Shown: in pieces, positions 35,878 through 49,780 of the stretch
Layout: the number at the start of each line of letters is the position of its first letter
Numbering within the stretch: the first letter of the stretch is position 1
Assembly (NCBI GenBank): GCA_051362555.1
Contig: CM120649.1
Location: 1,860,001 to 1,924,000, forward strand
DNA from: Lingula anatina
Lineage: Eukaryota > Animalia > Brachiopoda
Length of the DNA stretch: 64,000 nt
Reading direction: 5' to 3'
The notes under the pieces: generated by a model
What the model was told of the DNA's origin: nothing
What the model saw: the letters and a program-made list of their open reading frames with translations, nothing else
Databases searched by the model: none
Program-made: the position numbers and the translations under genes

Positions 35878-36168
35878 GCGACTATTTTTGTCTTGAAGAG
35901 CCCGTCATCCGTTTAGTTACTTTTTAATTCTTCACACGTAGAAATGTGCAGTTGGCCGAATTATACTTTAACGTCTTAAAACGATGCTGGACTTCTCCAA
36001 TCCGTCTTTCTTTTTTTCTCCCTACTACATCTAGCTGGCCTTGTGAGCTCTAGCTGGCCTTGTGAGCTCTATTTGCAGTTCAAGCTATAGGCTTGATTTT
36101 TCAGTTTGCAACTGATACTGTCTTTAGTTCGAAGTTTTTCTTGATCCGAGTCGGTGCGTTCCTTGACC
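33240..36168 (-). pseudogene. Probable TRIM-type coiled-coil + degenerate NHL/beta-propeller pseudogene
   Basis: Acceptor ccacAG at ~36168; ATG 35673-35522 (MAEQTVSENL...) joins in phase 2 to 35191-35032 (...KLGCMKEALQCTHGLATACLSNDNEIEIVNLLNRIKK|GTAAGT); a phase-0 segment from ~34104 has a non-canonical acceptor and multiple stops. Confidence 0.4.
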
Positions 36169-36980
36169 TGTGGATGAAGACAAGCAGAGAAAAGAGAGAT
36201 TAGATGACAATAGTACTTTGCTGTTTGATAACAAAATGTTGCCTAACAAAACGGTTTATTTCCTACAAACGTAATTTTGCGTCGTGTTGTCAGTGCGGAT
36301 ATAGAAGGCAGTAGTTTAGAAGAGGGGGTGTATACAATGTATATATAAATGTGTCCAACACTCGAAACGTTCGAGGCGTCTGTCCGCTGGCAATATGGTC
36401 CCAGAACTTAACTTCAAAAGTTATTTTGGTAAATGGACGATATGCAAAAGACTCCGAGCCGATCGGTTAATATAAGTACCATTCTATGACTGCTAAACAA
36501 ATAGATATCACCATGTTTGATTAACAACTAATTTGGATTCTAAACCGAAACAGGAAGGACATGGCTCTTTAATGGTATAATTTTTTCTGAAATTAACACT
36601 TTATTCTTTTTCATCAAGGAAGCCTACACTCTCTCCAACACTTTAGATAAAAATTTCAATTCGTTCTCGAAGTACTTATTCCCAAAGTACTCATTTTTAC
36701 TCAAAAACTCAGAAACTTGGAAACTCTTCACTGAAAGCTTTTGCTAAAAAAACGATTATTTTTGCGCCACTTCAGAAGGGTTTACACCCTCTCACCCCAT
36801 GCAGGCCAGCTGGGTGGCTACTGCTTTTTTTCTTTTTTATTTATTTATGATTATTATTTTATTGTTTTTATTATTTTCTGGGCAAAAATCCACAGAGACG
36901 AGTGCAGAGAAGCAAATGAATATATGTGAATATCTACAAGAAATCCCTGCACGTACCCAACACACGCATACATACATGCA

Positions 36981-37252
36981 CATGGCGGATTTAGAGGGGG
37001 ACAGAGTGTCCTGAACCCCCCCCCTCCCCCTTTCAGTTTCTGAAAAATATATTACACCAATATTCCCCCTCTTAAAATTAGAATTTTGACTAGCTACATC
37101 ATAGTTCTAAACCGTACCAAAGGGCACTGTTTGCTCTCCAAAGCACCAAACTTGAGCAGGCTCTGAACCCCACACAAAGGGGGCGATGGTAGGCTTCGCA
37201 TCCAAGGGCTGTCCTTCCGGACCCCCTTCAAATAATCCTGAATACGCCCCTG
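36981..37252 (-). mobile_element. MITE, same family as 5679-5807
   Basis: Reverse complement begins caggggcgtattcaggattatttgaaggggg. Confidence 0.7.
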
Positions 37253-38700
37253 CACATGTATGTACGCGTACTATCACGCTCGTGTTGACATTTGGACACA
37301 AATGTACACAGGCAGTGTAACATGTGTGCGCGCACGCACACGCGTCGGTAAAATATCCCAACTGAGCCGCTTTTGTTCTTTATTGCTTATATTAGGAGTT
37401 CTGCTTTCGCACAGTTTGTACTGTTTAATGGGTTTTAATTCAAATATTTATCAAAGGTCCTCTGTGATTCAAAGGCTGTCTCCACAGAAGAAAAAAGGAC
37501 TAATTAAATATCTTCACTGTGCATAAAAATTCTGCCGCACAGTAAGCAAACCCATTAATATTTTTTTCTAATATTTATAAGGCATAATACGTTTTCTGTG
37601 TTACGTTTTTTATGTTTACAAATATACCAAAACAGTTCTGTAGTCACTATTTTGCATTCCTTTTACAACCCTGAAGTTAAGCTGCAATAGCCTATTTGAA
37701 GGGTGAGAAACTGAAGGGTTAAAAACTTAGGACTGACATAAATTCCCCCCATGCTCACTCAACTATGAAGTCATACGTGTAACTGTGTATACATGCAGTT
37801 ATCTTTCTAACAAGTTTATGACTGATGTTTATATTATTGATTCTGTAAACATCATAATTCTGACTGAACATTCAAAGTTCATCCTCTAAACTGCAAGTCC
37901 CAATTAATTGCAATTTTTAGTAACGGTTTAGTTACTATTTGTTTTTAGTAACGATTTAGTTACTGTTTGTTTTGCGGTAAAATACGCGGGTTCATTCAAT
38001 TCGCACGGATGTTCAAGAGAAAAAAACAGAAAGAAACTGAAAACAAAATCACTTCCCCTGTGTAGCCTATATAGTGTACAGTGTTCTTTATTCAATTTAC
38101 TCGTAGAAGGAACTTCAACTATTTCAACCCAGCATGTGTCAGTCGCTATCTTAATCAACCAAAACTCACAATTTTACCGGCTGCGCATGACGTCACTTGC
38201 CCCAAAAGCACAAGTAACGCTTGACGTGACAAATTTAACTCCTGCACAAACGCAAACGCGTAAGTCAATAACGACGTAAGTTCCAGTATGTAGCAAAGTA
38301 AAACCACGCTCTGAATAACTTGAGCAATCTTATCCATCACTTTTACAAGGATAAAGTTACAACGCGAGGTATAAATAAAGCTGAGTGTAACAACCGTAGC
38401 CCCTTTCACTCTGAATGTGTCATGTAACACACTGTTTACGCGTTTTTACTTGCGGTTCAGCCCAGCGGATCTACAGGCCCCAGATTTAATCTTCTTCATC
38501 TTCTTCTGATATTGTGCAAACTTAAGGGCGAATACAGAACTAGTTGATCCGCTGACTAACGGATCAAATATGGCTTGTTCAAAATTTGCCGCAAAAAATG
38601 CTCTGTACTAGACACTTAATAGATTCGCTGCGGGGATTACGCGGTAAGCTTTCAAGTTGGTCGGCAATATTTGATCTTGTCGGAGGAAAATGACTATCAA

Positions 38701-38991
38701 ACTGCGTTCCCATAAACCTCTCGAACTAGTTGGATCGATTTAAATCTGCGGGAATTCTCGTTAAATTGCATTCAATTTAAGCCGCTTAAATGTCTGGTAT
38801 GCCCCCTCGTAACTTAAAGTAAAAGGGTAAATTCGGGGAAACACTGGTCCATCATGTTGTATGTAATTGCTTTGTGAGGGGAGGGGGGGGCGTTCCAGAC
38901 AATTAAGCTGATTACATTGACTGCGCCTTAGCGGGAATACCCGCTGAAATAGATCGATCCTGCTAGTGCGAAAAGGTTATGGGAACGCAGT
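38701..38991. mobile_element. Long palindromic MITE
   Basis: actgcgttcccataa...ggatcgat...tgtctgg inverted as ccagaca...atcgatcc...ttatgggaacgcagt. Confidence 0.75.
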
Positions 38992-39425
38992 CTATGGGAT
39001 CGCTCCCTTATATTTGGTGTCGAACTGACAAAAATGAATTTAAACATTACTTTGCTCATACTAGCATAGTGAAAATGTAGGCGGTTGGTTTAAGGTTATT
39101 TCTTTTGTCTATAAAAATTTCATTGTGTGAGTATATTGCAATTTAGAAGAGCACTTTTTTCTGAGATTTTCGAGTCCGAATATCTAATCAGTGCCCAGTA
39201 GACTCTCAGGTTTATGTCACAGACAGCGACAGAGTCGTGGATCACTGCCCCCCCCCCCCCCCCACACACACACACACACACTCACACACACAACGCATGC
39301 ACTTTTTTAATGTTTTTAATTACAACAGTCATAAGCTTTCTAAATGGTGTCCTCTTTATATATTTTACATACAATTATGAATTATCTTAACCTGAAAAGA
39401 AGAACAATTTGCAAGAGCTGTTTAA

Positions 39426-40458
39426 CCCTCAAGTGACCGAGTGGGGTCATTTACGACCCCAGCCATATGATTTAATGTGCCATCTCTTTATTTTTTATTC
39501 GAATTTTCTTTCCTTGCATGAGTTTGTCAGTCTACTAATCCTACACACTTTCACAGTTTTTTGTAGGGATCAACCAATTAGTGTGGCGCATACAGCACAA
39601 ACTCTTGTGGGGTCATTTATGACCCCAAAGAGAAGCATTGGTTTTTAAATATTAGTTTTTAAATTTAATTCAAATGTTTTGCCCATGCAACTGACAGGAA
39701 AATGCCACATGCATGTACTTCATGCAACCAGCCAGTGTGCCCAAAGCATAGGCACAAATAAGTGGTTTGTAAAGATTGCCCTTGAAGTGTTCCTAATAGT
39801 GCATCGCTGAATCTAATTTCAGTAGCTTTGTTGGAACTTGTTCTCATAACTGGGTCTCTCATTTTGACGGTTACAATTTTCGGGTATTTCGGAAATCAAA
39901 AGAATTCTGTCGATATCATTTTATACATATATTAACAAAGTGTTTGTGTGGATTTTGTTATATACACAGATGTGGTAGTAACATACATGTAGGTTGATTG
40001 AATGTGTTCTGAGAAGTATGCCTTCCTTACCGGCATTAGGGTATTCCCTACTCAGCAAATCAGCTAATTATTCTTATTGAAGTCAGCAGGATGCTATCTC
40101 AACATAAGTCAAAATATTTTTACTCAAAGCAATTTTGTAATGTACTTTTTTCATTTAGTGTGGCAAATAAAAAGAGAAAGGTTTCTGCAAGTGGAAATTG
40201 ACAAGGACTGTCTAAATACCGGTGTAATGTTGTTCTTAAAATCTGTGCTTGGTTATTTCATGCAATAAAAGTATTATTACCAAATACTTTTTTACATTAG
40301 ATCATTATAAAATACTTGTCTTAAATCCTGGGAGTAGTATAGGTGTGATAAACCCTCAACAGCCTTTTATAATAAGGATCCCTGTATAGAACACAATGGG
40401 GTCATAGATGACCCCACTTGGTCATTTCCGTCAGTAAAATAGCTTGGTCTCTTGAGGG
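39426..40458. mobile_element. Non-autonomous piggyBac element
   Basis: TTAA|CCCTCAAGTGACC ... GGTCTCTTGAGGG|TTAA; sub-terminal ggggtc-N-gacccc palindromes. Confidence 0.9.
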
Positions 40459-41511
40459 TTAAATTAAATGCACTTAAGTGTAAAATAGTCACATGTAGGA
40501 AGTTTTGTGTTTCGTTTTGAATGTATATTTAATGTAAAGGTAGAATATACACGAAAACCAAAAGGAAGTAGTGTCTACTTTACTGCAGTTTCTCTCTATT
40601 AATTAAGAAAAAAATACACAATCTTACTGTTTCAGAAAACTGGAGTGTTTCATAATATAATAATTTTTAGCTCTTGGATCTGTGAGTACTTATGGAATAT
40701 AAAACCGCCAAGATGCGGAAGATGTCGACAATGCCAGTCCACTTACTAAAAAAATAAAATAAAATAAAAACGAGAGCACTACATTTGTAATGTAAACATT
40801 CAAGAAGTAGCAATGAATAGTTTCAAAAATAAGGGTCAGATATCGCCTGATTTTAGAGTAAAAAACTCACCGGTCTTCGTAGGTCGACAGTCTTCACTAA
40901 ACATGATCATGCCCTATTTTATTTACCTCGTGAGCATGCGTTACCTGTGACAAAAGGGCCATGCCGCCATTCAGAATCACAAGCGTGACACATTTTTTTG
41001 TACAAAGAAAAACAAGATTCAAATCGGGTGGTCGCCTTTTGCACACGACAGACAGATTAAATAAAAGTGAAAAGTTTTTTTGTCTCCTTTCTTCATATAC
41101 TCAGCGTTCTTTCAGATGAAGTTAGTCACTGAGTTTCCTTGTTCATTTTCCACAGCTAATTAAAGTCTTACATGCGGCGTTGCATATGCTAGCTACGATT
41201 AAATTCTCTTTTTGCAGGTTATGTTCGTGATTCCACTTCTCTTTTTTCTTGCCATGCATTAATAGAAATACCATTTATTAGTAAAGTCTGATTTCTGGAT
41301 TCCAGAAAGGTAATATTATATGTCCAGCGCTTTAGATAACATGAAAGTATCAAGTTAACAACAACACAGTGTACTTTTCTACTTGCGCGCTTTGGTGTGG
41401 AATTTAAAGCACCCTTAAGCATCGTATGCAAGTATGATAAGATGGCAACAAAATGAGACGATTAAGAGTTAGCGTCGGTGACTTAGGGATCATTCCTAAT
41501 GATACTGTTGT

Positions 41512-41714
41512 TCTACAGCTCGATTCAACTTTGAGGGGACTCACGCTGAATGCAATTATTTTAGCGGATAAACACGCCTCCTCTTGTTCCCAGCGAATTT
41601 GTATAAACACTATTTTCTTCTGTTATCTACTTAACGACAGGGGGAGGAGTGTAAATCTCTTTAACAGATTGCATTCAGCGTGATTCCCCACACAGAGTTG
41701 GATCGATCTCCGTA
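41512..41714. mobile_element. Palindromic MITE fragment
   Basis: ggggactcacgctgaatgcaat / attgcattcagcgtgattcccc, plus an outer gttggatcgatct arm. Confidence 0.65.
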
Positions 41715-42463
41715 GAACGATGGTTTCATTAGGAGTTAGCCATTATTGGTCTCATTAATATCACTGCATGTGGACGCTGCCTTACTTTACTTAAAGTCAT
41801 GAGCATGAATGAGGCTCAAGTCTTTATATTTGCCCACCGATGTCATATGATATAAACCGAGCAGGAAGACGTGTTCAAGATAAGAACATCAGTCAAGTCC
41901 ATAGGCTATATCTTCTTGAAGTCACATGCCAAAACACTGCATTAAATCCTCGACAACCGTCGTTACTTGCTGGTCTAGGACCCGAATGTCATCTAAACGG
42001 AGGTGACTCTAATCTTTGCTTGGAAAATACACCATTTTTTTTATTTTTATGTTTATTTTTATTTATTTATTTATTTATTTATTGCAAAATAAATAAGAAA
42101 GGCGAGATTAAGGAATAAATCCATATGTGTTAACGTGTGTAGCACGTTGTAAACACTCTGTCGTTTCTGTCATTCCCCCTTTGACAAAAGAAGTTACTAC
42201 GCTGCTACAAAAATTACTAGTGCGTAAATACTTTCCAACTGAAGTTATTCTAGATATGCATAAAATAAACATTGATTAACCTACTGTAGGTAATGTTGAA
42301 TAAACCCAAAGACAGCAACCTCCGCTAACAGTGTGATTCAGATTCTGATTTCCTCTATGAAAGTCACAGAACAAGAACCAAAGATGGCCAGTAGGCCTAC
42401 TATCTATATCTGCTAGCCGCTCAGCTTGTCAAATAAGATACATGCAAGGTTATTCTATGGGCA

Positions 42464-42628
42464 CATTCAGATTCAGACATCGTACCAGCTGGGTCGGTCC
42501 AACTTCGAGGGGGATTCTCGCTAAGTGCAATCAGTGGGATCAGCTTAATTGTCTGGAACGCCAACTCGATCAGCTAGGGGGTAATTAAGTCGAGCGCAAC
42601 CAGCTCGTGCGATGACTGAATCTGAATG
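42464..42628. mobile_element. Palindromic MITE
   Basis: cattcagattcag / ctgaatctgaatg; internal cagcttaattgtctggaacgcc is the reverse complement of ~38889-38910. Confidence 0.65.
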
Positions 42629-43185
42629 CAGTGTATGTGATGATGCTGAGTCGAGTCTTCTATAATGTTTGCCACTGTTACCGGTCTATTACTGTTACAA
42701 CATTTTCGCTATAATAACGATAAATGCATCCATATATATTAGCACAGTACACCGTTAATGCTCAAAGAAAAATGTACCATGTATATGAAAAGCAATAGGT
42801 TTATATCCTGATACACAGACAGATCAATCAACGTATGCCTTTTCTTCATGGTCCCATTTCAATCCTGAAACGACCTCACCTGCATGAGTTGTCATTCCAG
42901 GCTGGCAACCTTCAAGTCAACTTTAGTTGCCAGTATAATCTCTGTTTTCTGCATTAAATTTAAACGTACTGGCTCTTATATTAATGAGCGATATAGAGTG
43001 TTTGACTGTTAAGCACGTGCGCTTCGCATTTTACATATTTAATTGACTTCGCTGGTTTCCGAATTTTGCTGTCGATTTAAGCTCATGCGCATAGATTTAA
43101 CTAAGTGTCTTTCTTTAGAAGCAATAATTAAATAAAATTGTGCATTCGTCTGGGTTGCCATTTAAAAAACCGAGAACTGACATGC

Positions 43186-43222
<37 letters not shown>

Positions 43223-46200
43223 CTAACGACGTTTCAATCCAAGCACAATAGTACCAACTGAACTCTACTTACGTCTCATTCTCACAAACAGTATAGTCTC
43301 CACAGTTTACATAACCTAAGACTTAAAGTAAAGTGCACATCGTGACCAAATAAAGTCAAAGGAATCAAATCAGAATTTACCAGACAAAATAATCCCCAAA
43401 TGGTATTAACGTAAGACTTTAGTTTAATCTACACCGCACATGTAATTTTAAGTGCATGACGTAATATTATCGTGCGTTGATAATGCTTTTCCTAGCAAAC
43501 CTCCCCCCTCATGTTTTTTATCCCCCTTCTGCCTTCTCAAAATTGCTCAAATACGTGGCGTCAAAATAAACAAAGGGCAAGCCCTGTTCTGTCATTTATT
43601 AAGTAAAGAAATGTCAGTGTAGGAACTCGGGTTTTTTCAAAAAAAAAATTTAATGTACAAATGTTAGCAAGCATCAAGCATAAGTCATATTATTGTCAAA
43701 ATTATTAAGAGATATTCACAGTTTTCGCTACCCCGACCCCCCACCCCCCCCAAAAAAAAAGCTTTTTTTACTTAAACTCGCTTACTTAATATTGAGCAGC
43801 TTTCCCACTCAGACTTCTGAATGGCGCATGTTCTTCGTATACAAGTCGTTTAATATCAATAACATCTCTTAGCAAATGGGTGTGTTAAGCGAATTAAGTA
43901 TCGCTGGCAACGAGAGCAATAACGAATAACCAGAGTTTTCGAACTAAAGGCCGTCAGAATAAAGGACTGCTACACTGCGTCGTCACTTAATTAAAACACA
44001 GATCGATGAGAAATCCCTGTCGTCTTTCTTATAATTTTCATTCCAATTTAGGCGACTACATTTCTCGCAGAATGAAGCAAAAGCGTATTTGCAAGTGCCC
44101 CGAGTTTACAGGAAACCAACCTCTGCTGCCATTTACTAAAAAAAAAACTTGTAATACTGGGTATACTATCTGGTTAACTCTGATACTGGGGGTGCTCGCA
44201 AAAATTACGCTACTTCATTTTGTCCTAAAACATGAGTTTACCTGATTTTACCGTCAGACCTTAGGTTCATCCTTTTCAGGAACTGCCTCAGATGAAGGAA
44301 AGTCTTGTAGTTGGCGATGGATTTTTGGTGAATATGAAAACCACTGATTTGTCCTTCCTTCAGAATTGATGCGTTAAACACAAGGCGTTGTATGCCACAT
44401 AATTGCGTGGTCGTTCTGTCAAGTTTGCTAACTAAAGCCCGAGTGCTGCCTGCTGTTTACTAGTACACAGTGCTCTGTGTTGCTGTAAGTGTGTGCGACA
44501 TTTACACAGAGTGCTTGGAGCTGCCCAAGGATCGCTCCAGGCTCGCATAACTTTTGTTCAACAGATATTGGATTTTATTGCATTATCAAGCACAGAAATT
44601 CTGCACTGATGAAATAAATCATAAAATCAGCAAAATGGCATTGGGCAGAATTGTGATTTAACGCGACCCAAGTGCGCACCATGAATTTTTAGTATTGTGT
44701 AAACCCTGTATTGGTCTGTAGCCAGCATGGAAAGGTTGTCGCTGACTGTCACCAGTTAACCTTAGGCTAGGGTAACTATGTGTCACTCCTCTTTGTCCTA
44801 AATGTATTTTTTCGAAGGTACATGTACCTATTACTAACTACAGACACGATTTTTTGTCACTGGGATTTTAATGTGTACTATCGACGTAGCGTCTTAAAAC
44901 TGCAGATCTGGAATCTGAGTTTTACGCATCTGTAGCGTTCACTGATGTGAATGTTGTCCCAGCCCAATATTTTCTTTTTAAAAATACTGACTTAAAAGAC
45001 CACAATTTTGGCCTATGATTTTAGTCCACTTTCGGTCTAAAGTCGTTTTGTGAAGCGGGCTCCAGGTTAACTGGAGTACAAGTTATTTCTCACTGCCGCG
45101 TGACACCATTAATGTTGTAAATACATCAGCCGGTATAACAAGGCCAGCTTTTTAACGTCAGAGATCATGGGGCGCGTCAGTCCAAGATAAGCTTTAAGCA
45201 ATAAAAGGATAGCAACTTTTCGTAATCACGCATGCACCCACACACGCAGGCACACACACATACACACACGCGCGCCTTAATGAGTTTTCGTTGAAGTCTC
45301 TTGAGAAGTGTGCATCTCTATATAGCGAATACACTTTGACAAAAACGGATCGAATCTAACCCTTCCACTGAAAGATAGTGATGTGGAGGGAGGGGGGGGG
45401 GGGGGGTGGAGAACGCGTACGAGGATGCCCCGAAATTGCTTGCATATTACCATCTAATTGTAGTATATTTGATCCGCCTCGGCCTTCAGCTATATCTCAA
45501 CTATCTTACACCAAATCTAATGCATTATTGACCGTGTTTTCAAATAAGCTGTTGTATTACTGACTAATCCCTAATGGAATCACTGTACGTCAGCGTTGAA
45601 TTACTCAGAATACAATCTGTTAGTCTCCACTTCATATATCTCAGTTCTACTGGTGCATATTGACAGTTTTCAATATTGCGTATTAAGTGAAAACCAGCAT
45701 TTCAAACAATAAATGCTAGCTATCGAAATTTCTTTTACGCACAAAACTATCAAAGCCAGGCTATCTGATTCAAGGCAATGTGTGATAACGGATAAAACTC
45801 CAGGAAAAGGAGATGATATCTATTTCTGTAATATGATAGACGTAGCATCTTCTCTCCCTTTTGTCTCAATACGACAGTTATGTAGAAATGATTTGCAAAG
45901 GGGGGGGGGGCTTTGAATACAACCGTCGACGCACATAAGGCGTGGTGTCTACAGGATATATACATTTACACTTACATATGCGAATACTACTGTACGTGTA
46001 TGTGACTTTACTTGCACCAGGAGCCACTGGGTTCATGTTTCTCTTATTATCAACATCCATTCTCCATAAAGCAAAATCGTCTTACCTGGAATGGCGCAAA
46101 TCCTCTGTCGCGATTTCACTGTATCAAGCTCGCTCACGTTATCCAGGTTAATAATATTACAAGTCTCAGTAACACGCATGCACAGTATATTTACAAGCAA

Positions 46201-49200
46201 ATTCTGCTGGTAGATCTAAGTCTGTGTACAGTCACTGTGACAGTTGCTGCAGAAATCTGCATGGTGTGTCACTGCAATCAATATTTCAACTACGGCCTTG
46301 TTTCCCTGTCTGATGCATCAAATCAGATAGGGCATCGACTGTTTAGTGTTAAGTGTGGTAGCACTTGAGAACTAAGGCCTCGAGTAGGATGGGGAGAATC
46401 TCCAGCATCACCACCCTGAAGTATTACCGTATTCCTATAAGTGGGTTTTGCTGCCCCTTCAGGAACAGACGAAAGTCGTTTTCTTTTTATTATTATTATT
46501 ATTATTATTTTCAAAAGCTGGTCGGCTACGGGGATGAAACCCCACCCCCCTCCCCTCCCTCAGCCAACCTAGTCTCAGTACGAAATCAACAGCCTACTGC
46601 TGAAAATTTAACATAACCTGTGGATGGTCAACCACTTCGCATTATTTGGGATTACACCTGGTGCACCTGTAACTAGTGAGTCTACAGTTGCCATAGAAAT
46701 ATGGCTGCAAATCCAGGTAACAAATAATACTTTATAGGCAGTAGTGTGCGCTTTCTTCAGTTGGGCAAATCGGTCAACGTGCATTGAGGCGTTTATTCCT
46801 ATAAGTATTAATGATGATGGTAATAATAGTTAGTTGTGCATTAAATGAGTTTATATTCATAGCCTCTCTAAACTACTGTCAAACTATAATGCTGATTATT
46901 ACACAATTGTGTAGTGAATGGAACAAACTAATGTGTACATCTGTTGATGTCAGGTGTTTGGCCTCTGTGTGGACGTTTGCATGAACTTGACTACTGCTTT
47001 TGAAGGGTTTTCACGAGATGAACTCTGAGGAAGAGATAATTTACCAGCATTGTCAGCCACAATTTGTCTATGCCTTTCTCCACGTGGAGGACAATAATAT
47101 CGATTTTCTACGTGGATAGACGACACCAGTATTCAGTAGTACGATAGCATCCATATCTGTGATTACTACATGTACTACTGTATTACTTGGGGTACTCGAG
47201 TATTTTCATGTCTTATTCTGGGAGATCCAAATCCATTTATGAGCTCTCCTTTGCATTTATTAGCTACATTAGATAACGAGACAATTGATGAAAATTAATT
47301 CTATAATACTTTTTATTTCTATTTCTATATCTATTTTTGGTCCAGAATTCTCCAGCAATAGAGCACTACTACTGTATGTGTTTTTGCACTACTGTATGTG
47401 TGTTTTAAGTCCTGCAATTGAATAAATTGACGTAGAAACGCGTGTTTCTCACTAACAATTTATAACATCGTTTTTATTATTTCTGACATTTCATTCATAT
47501 CGATGCAAATGAACAATCCGTTTATTTAACAAGTATATTATGCAGGAGAGTGATGGAGATTTTACGGTGTGGCTGAATATTTTTTTTAATAATCACAGAC
47601 CTGTCACCGCTCCCGATCTCGTCGGGAGTCTCCCAGTTTGGGGGCTAATGTCCCGATCTCCGGATTCAGACTTTAAAAATTCCCGATCTATCAGATTTTT
47701 TCTGTTTCCTTTCTCTACCGATATTACGTGCAGTGACTTCATACTTGAAAATGTGCCTTCATTGTGACTGCAGTAAACAATACATTGTAGGGTGGAAATC
47801 TCAAAGACAAAACCACGTCGGGTCTTTGTATGAATACCGTCTTGATCTTTATTTATGTTAATGTTGTCATGGGACGAAGCTTTTTTCGAAAGGAACCAAA
47901 AACCGATCATTTAAACCGCAGGCATTGTCTGTATTTTAATAAATCAATTCAAACTGCTTTTACAAGTAGACTTCCTCTCTCTCTCTCTCTCTCTCTCTCC
48001 TACCACTGTTTTGAGCCAACAATTACCCACATAACGTTTGTTTGTACTAAATCAATACTTCACAATGTCATCTGTCTGGTCTTCACTCCCTTTTTCTTCA
48101 AGTTGGGCAACACACAATGCAAATGCTGTAAGGCGATATTATAACAAACACCGTCTTTAAGAATCTTAATTATTACATAACGGTTCAGGTGTACACGATA
48201 AAGCTACGCAATGAGCCACCTTGTTTGACTATGATAAATGCGTATTACTATATTGTTCGATTCCTTCTTTTACGACCTACCTATGCCTTTTAGAATCGGC
48301 TTCGCTATGATTTGTTGTCATGGTAACAGATACGCATTGGGGCCATATAAACAGGTTATGCATTCATTATTGTAGTTGATTTTTATTGACAGGCGGAAAG
48401 CTTCGATTATTTAATTGCGTTTGGTAAACGTATCAGTTGGCATTTACCCTAATTAAATAAGTTAATAATTTATGACTTAATTAATTCATAAGAATAAGTA
48501 ATAAATAGATAACATTAACAATAGTCATGTAAAATAATAAATGGAAATAAGGATAACAAAACAACTTGAAGTTATAGACGTGAGGACAGGATTACGCAAT
48601 AAACCACAATCGCCCTCCCTATCTCTTATCGACTGATTTTACAATTTGATACACATTGTCATAAATTACATCGTACGAGTAGTATAACAAGTATTTCTCA
48701 ATTATGCAACGGCAGTCGAACAAAAATGATACAGCATGCATCATATATGTTTTTTTTCAATAGTGCGATTTGGGAAATTTGTTTGTAAAAATCTAAAACT
48801 CCCGTATATTTTATTTTTCGGTTTTACTTTGTTAAGCACCAGGCTATTTGTCACCCCCCCCCCCCCCCCAGTATTCAGACATTTTCAGACCTTAAATCTT
48901 GTAATATACTGATGTTATATTCTGAAAATAATTTGTGCAAGTGCAATACAAATTGTGATGTCAATTTTGAGTTTAAAAAAGAGACTGGCGTGATGATAAA
49001 AACGATCGCCTACTTGTTATAGTTAAAACTCATATTAAATTTGATGATTGGCGGAAATTCGACTGCTCCCAAGCCGAAGAACGATCTAGTACATTTCATT
49101 AAAACGGGGCTGATCATGATTTATTTTTGTAATTGTGTCAAGGTATATACTCTCCATCTAAAACTCATCTTCTGCGTTTAAATTTTCGAAGCGAACATCC

Positions 49201-49679
49201 AAGTCACATACAGCCAAGGGTAAAAATGTGCTAACTTGTAGAGTCGTTAATCCAATTAACTAATACAGTATATTTATCAGCTACATTACAGTTATAGTCT
49301 CCGGTCTTACCTTTTGACACGTCTATGCGGCCCGCTTGCTGTAGTCCCAATGACAGACTAAAGTTTAAGTCCCTTTTTTTCACGTGGCCAGTTTATTGCT
49401 AACGCTCATTTCAAATGAATGACTTTGTAACCTGCAACCCAATATCTCGCGCCTTTTAAACCCAGGAATTAAATTTTATACAGGCTCTTCTTTAAATTAA
49501 ATTGCAGGTATCGGGTGTCGCGTCCGGTTTTTGGTGGCCAGTGGACAGTGGCCGAGTATTGTGGACATGTTAAGGAAGCAGAGGTAGAGACGCAAAGGTG
49601 ATTTATTTCCAGAGCATTAAGCAGTCGTGGTTTAGTTCATCGCCACTGTGTGTATATACCGGTACAGGCATATCTGTGA

Positions 49680-49780
49680 TTGTGCGTGCGTCTGTGTGTG
49701 CGTGTGTGTGTGTGCGTGTGCGTGTGTGTGTGTGTGTGTGTTTGTGTGTTAGAGAGAGAGAGAGAGAGAAAGAGAGAGAT
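49680..49780. repeat. (TG)n/(GA)n compound microsatellite
   Basis: Direct reading. Confidence 0.9.

Noticed and set aside
44469-44515. Hairpin agtgctctgtgt...acacagagtgct as a pre-miRNA
   Set aside because: Only 47 nt, interrupted stem, and no match to miRNAs I recall.
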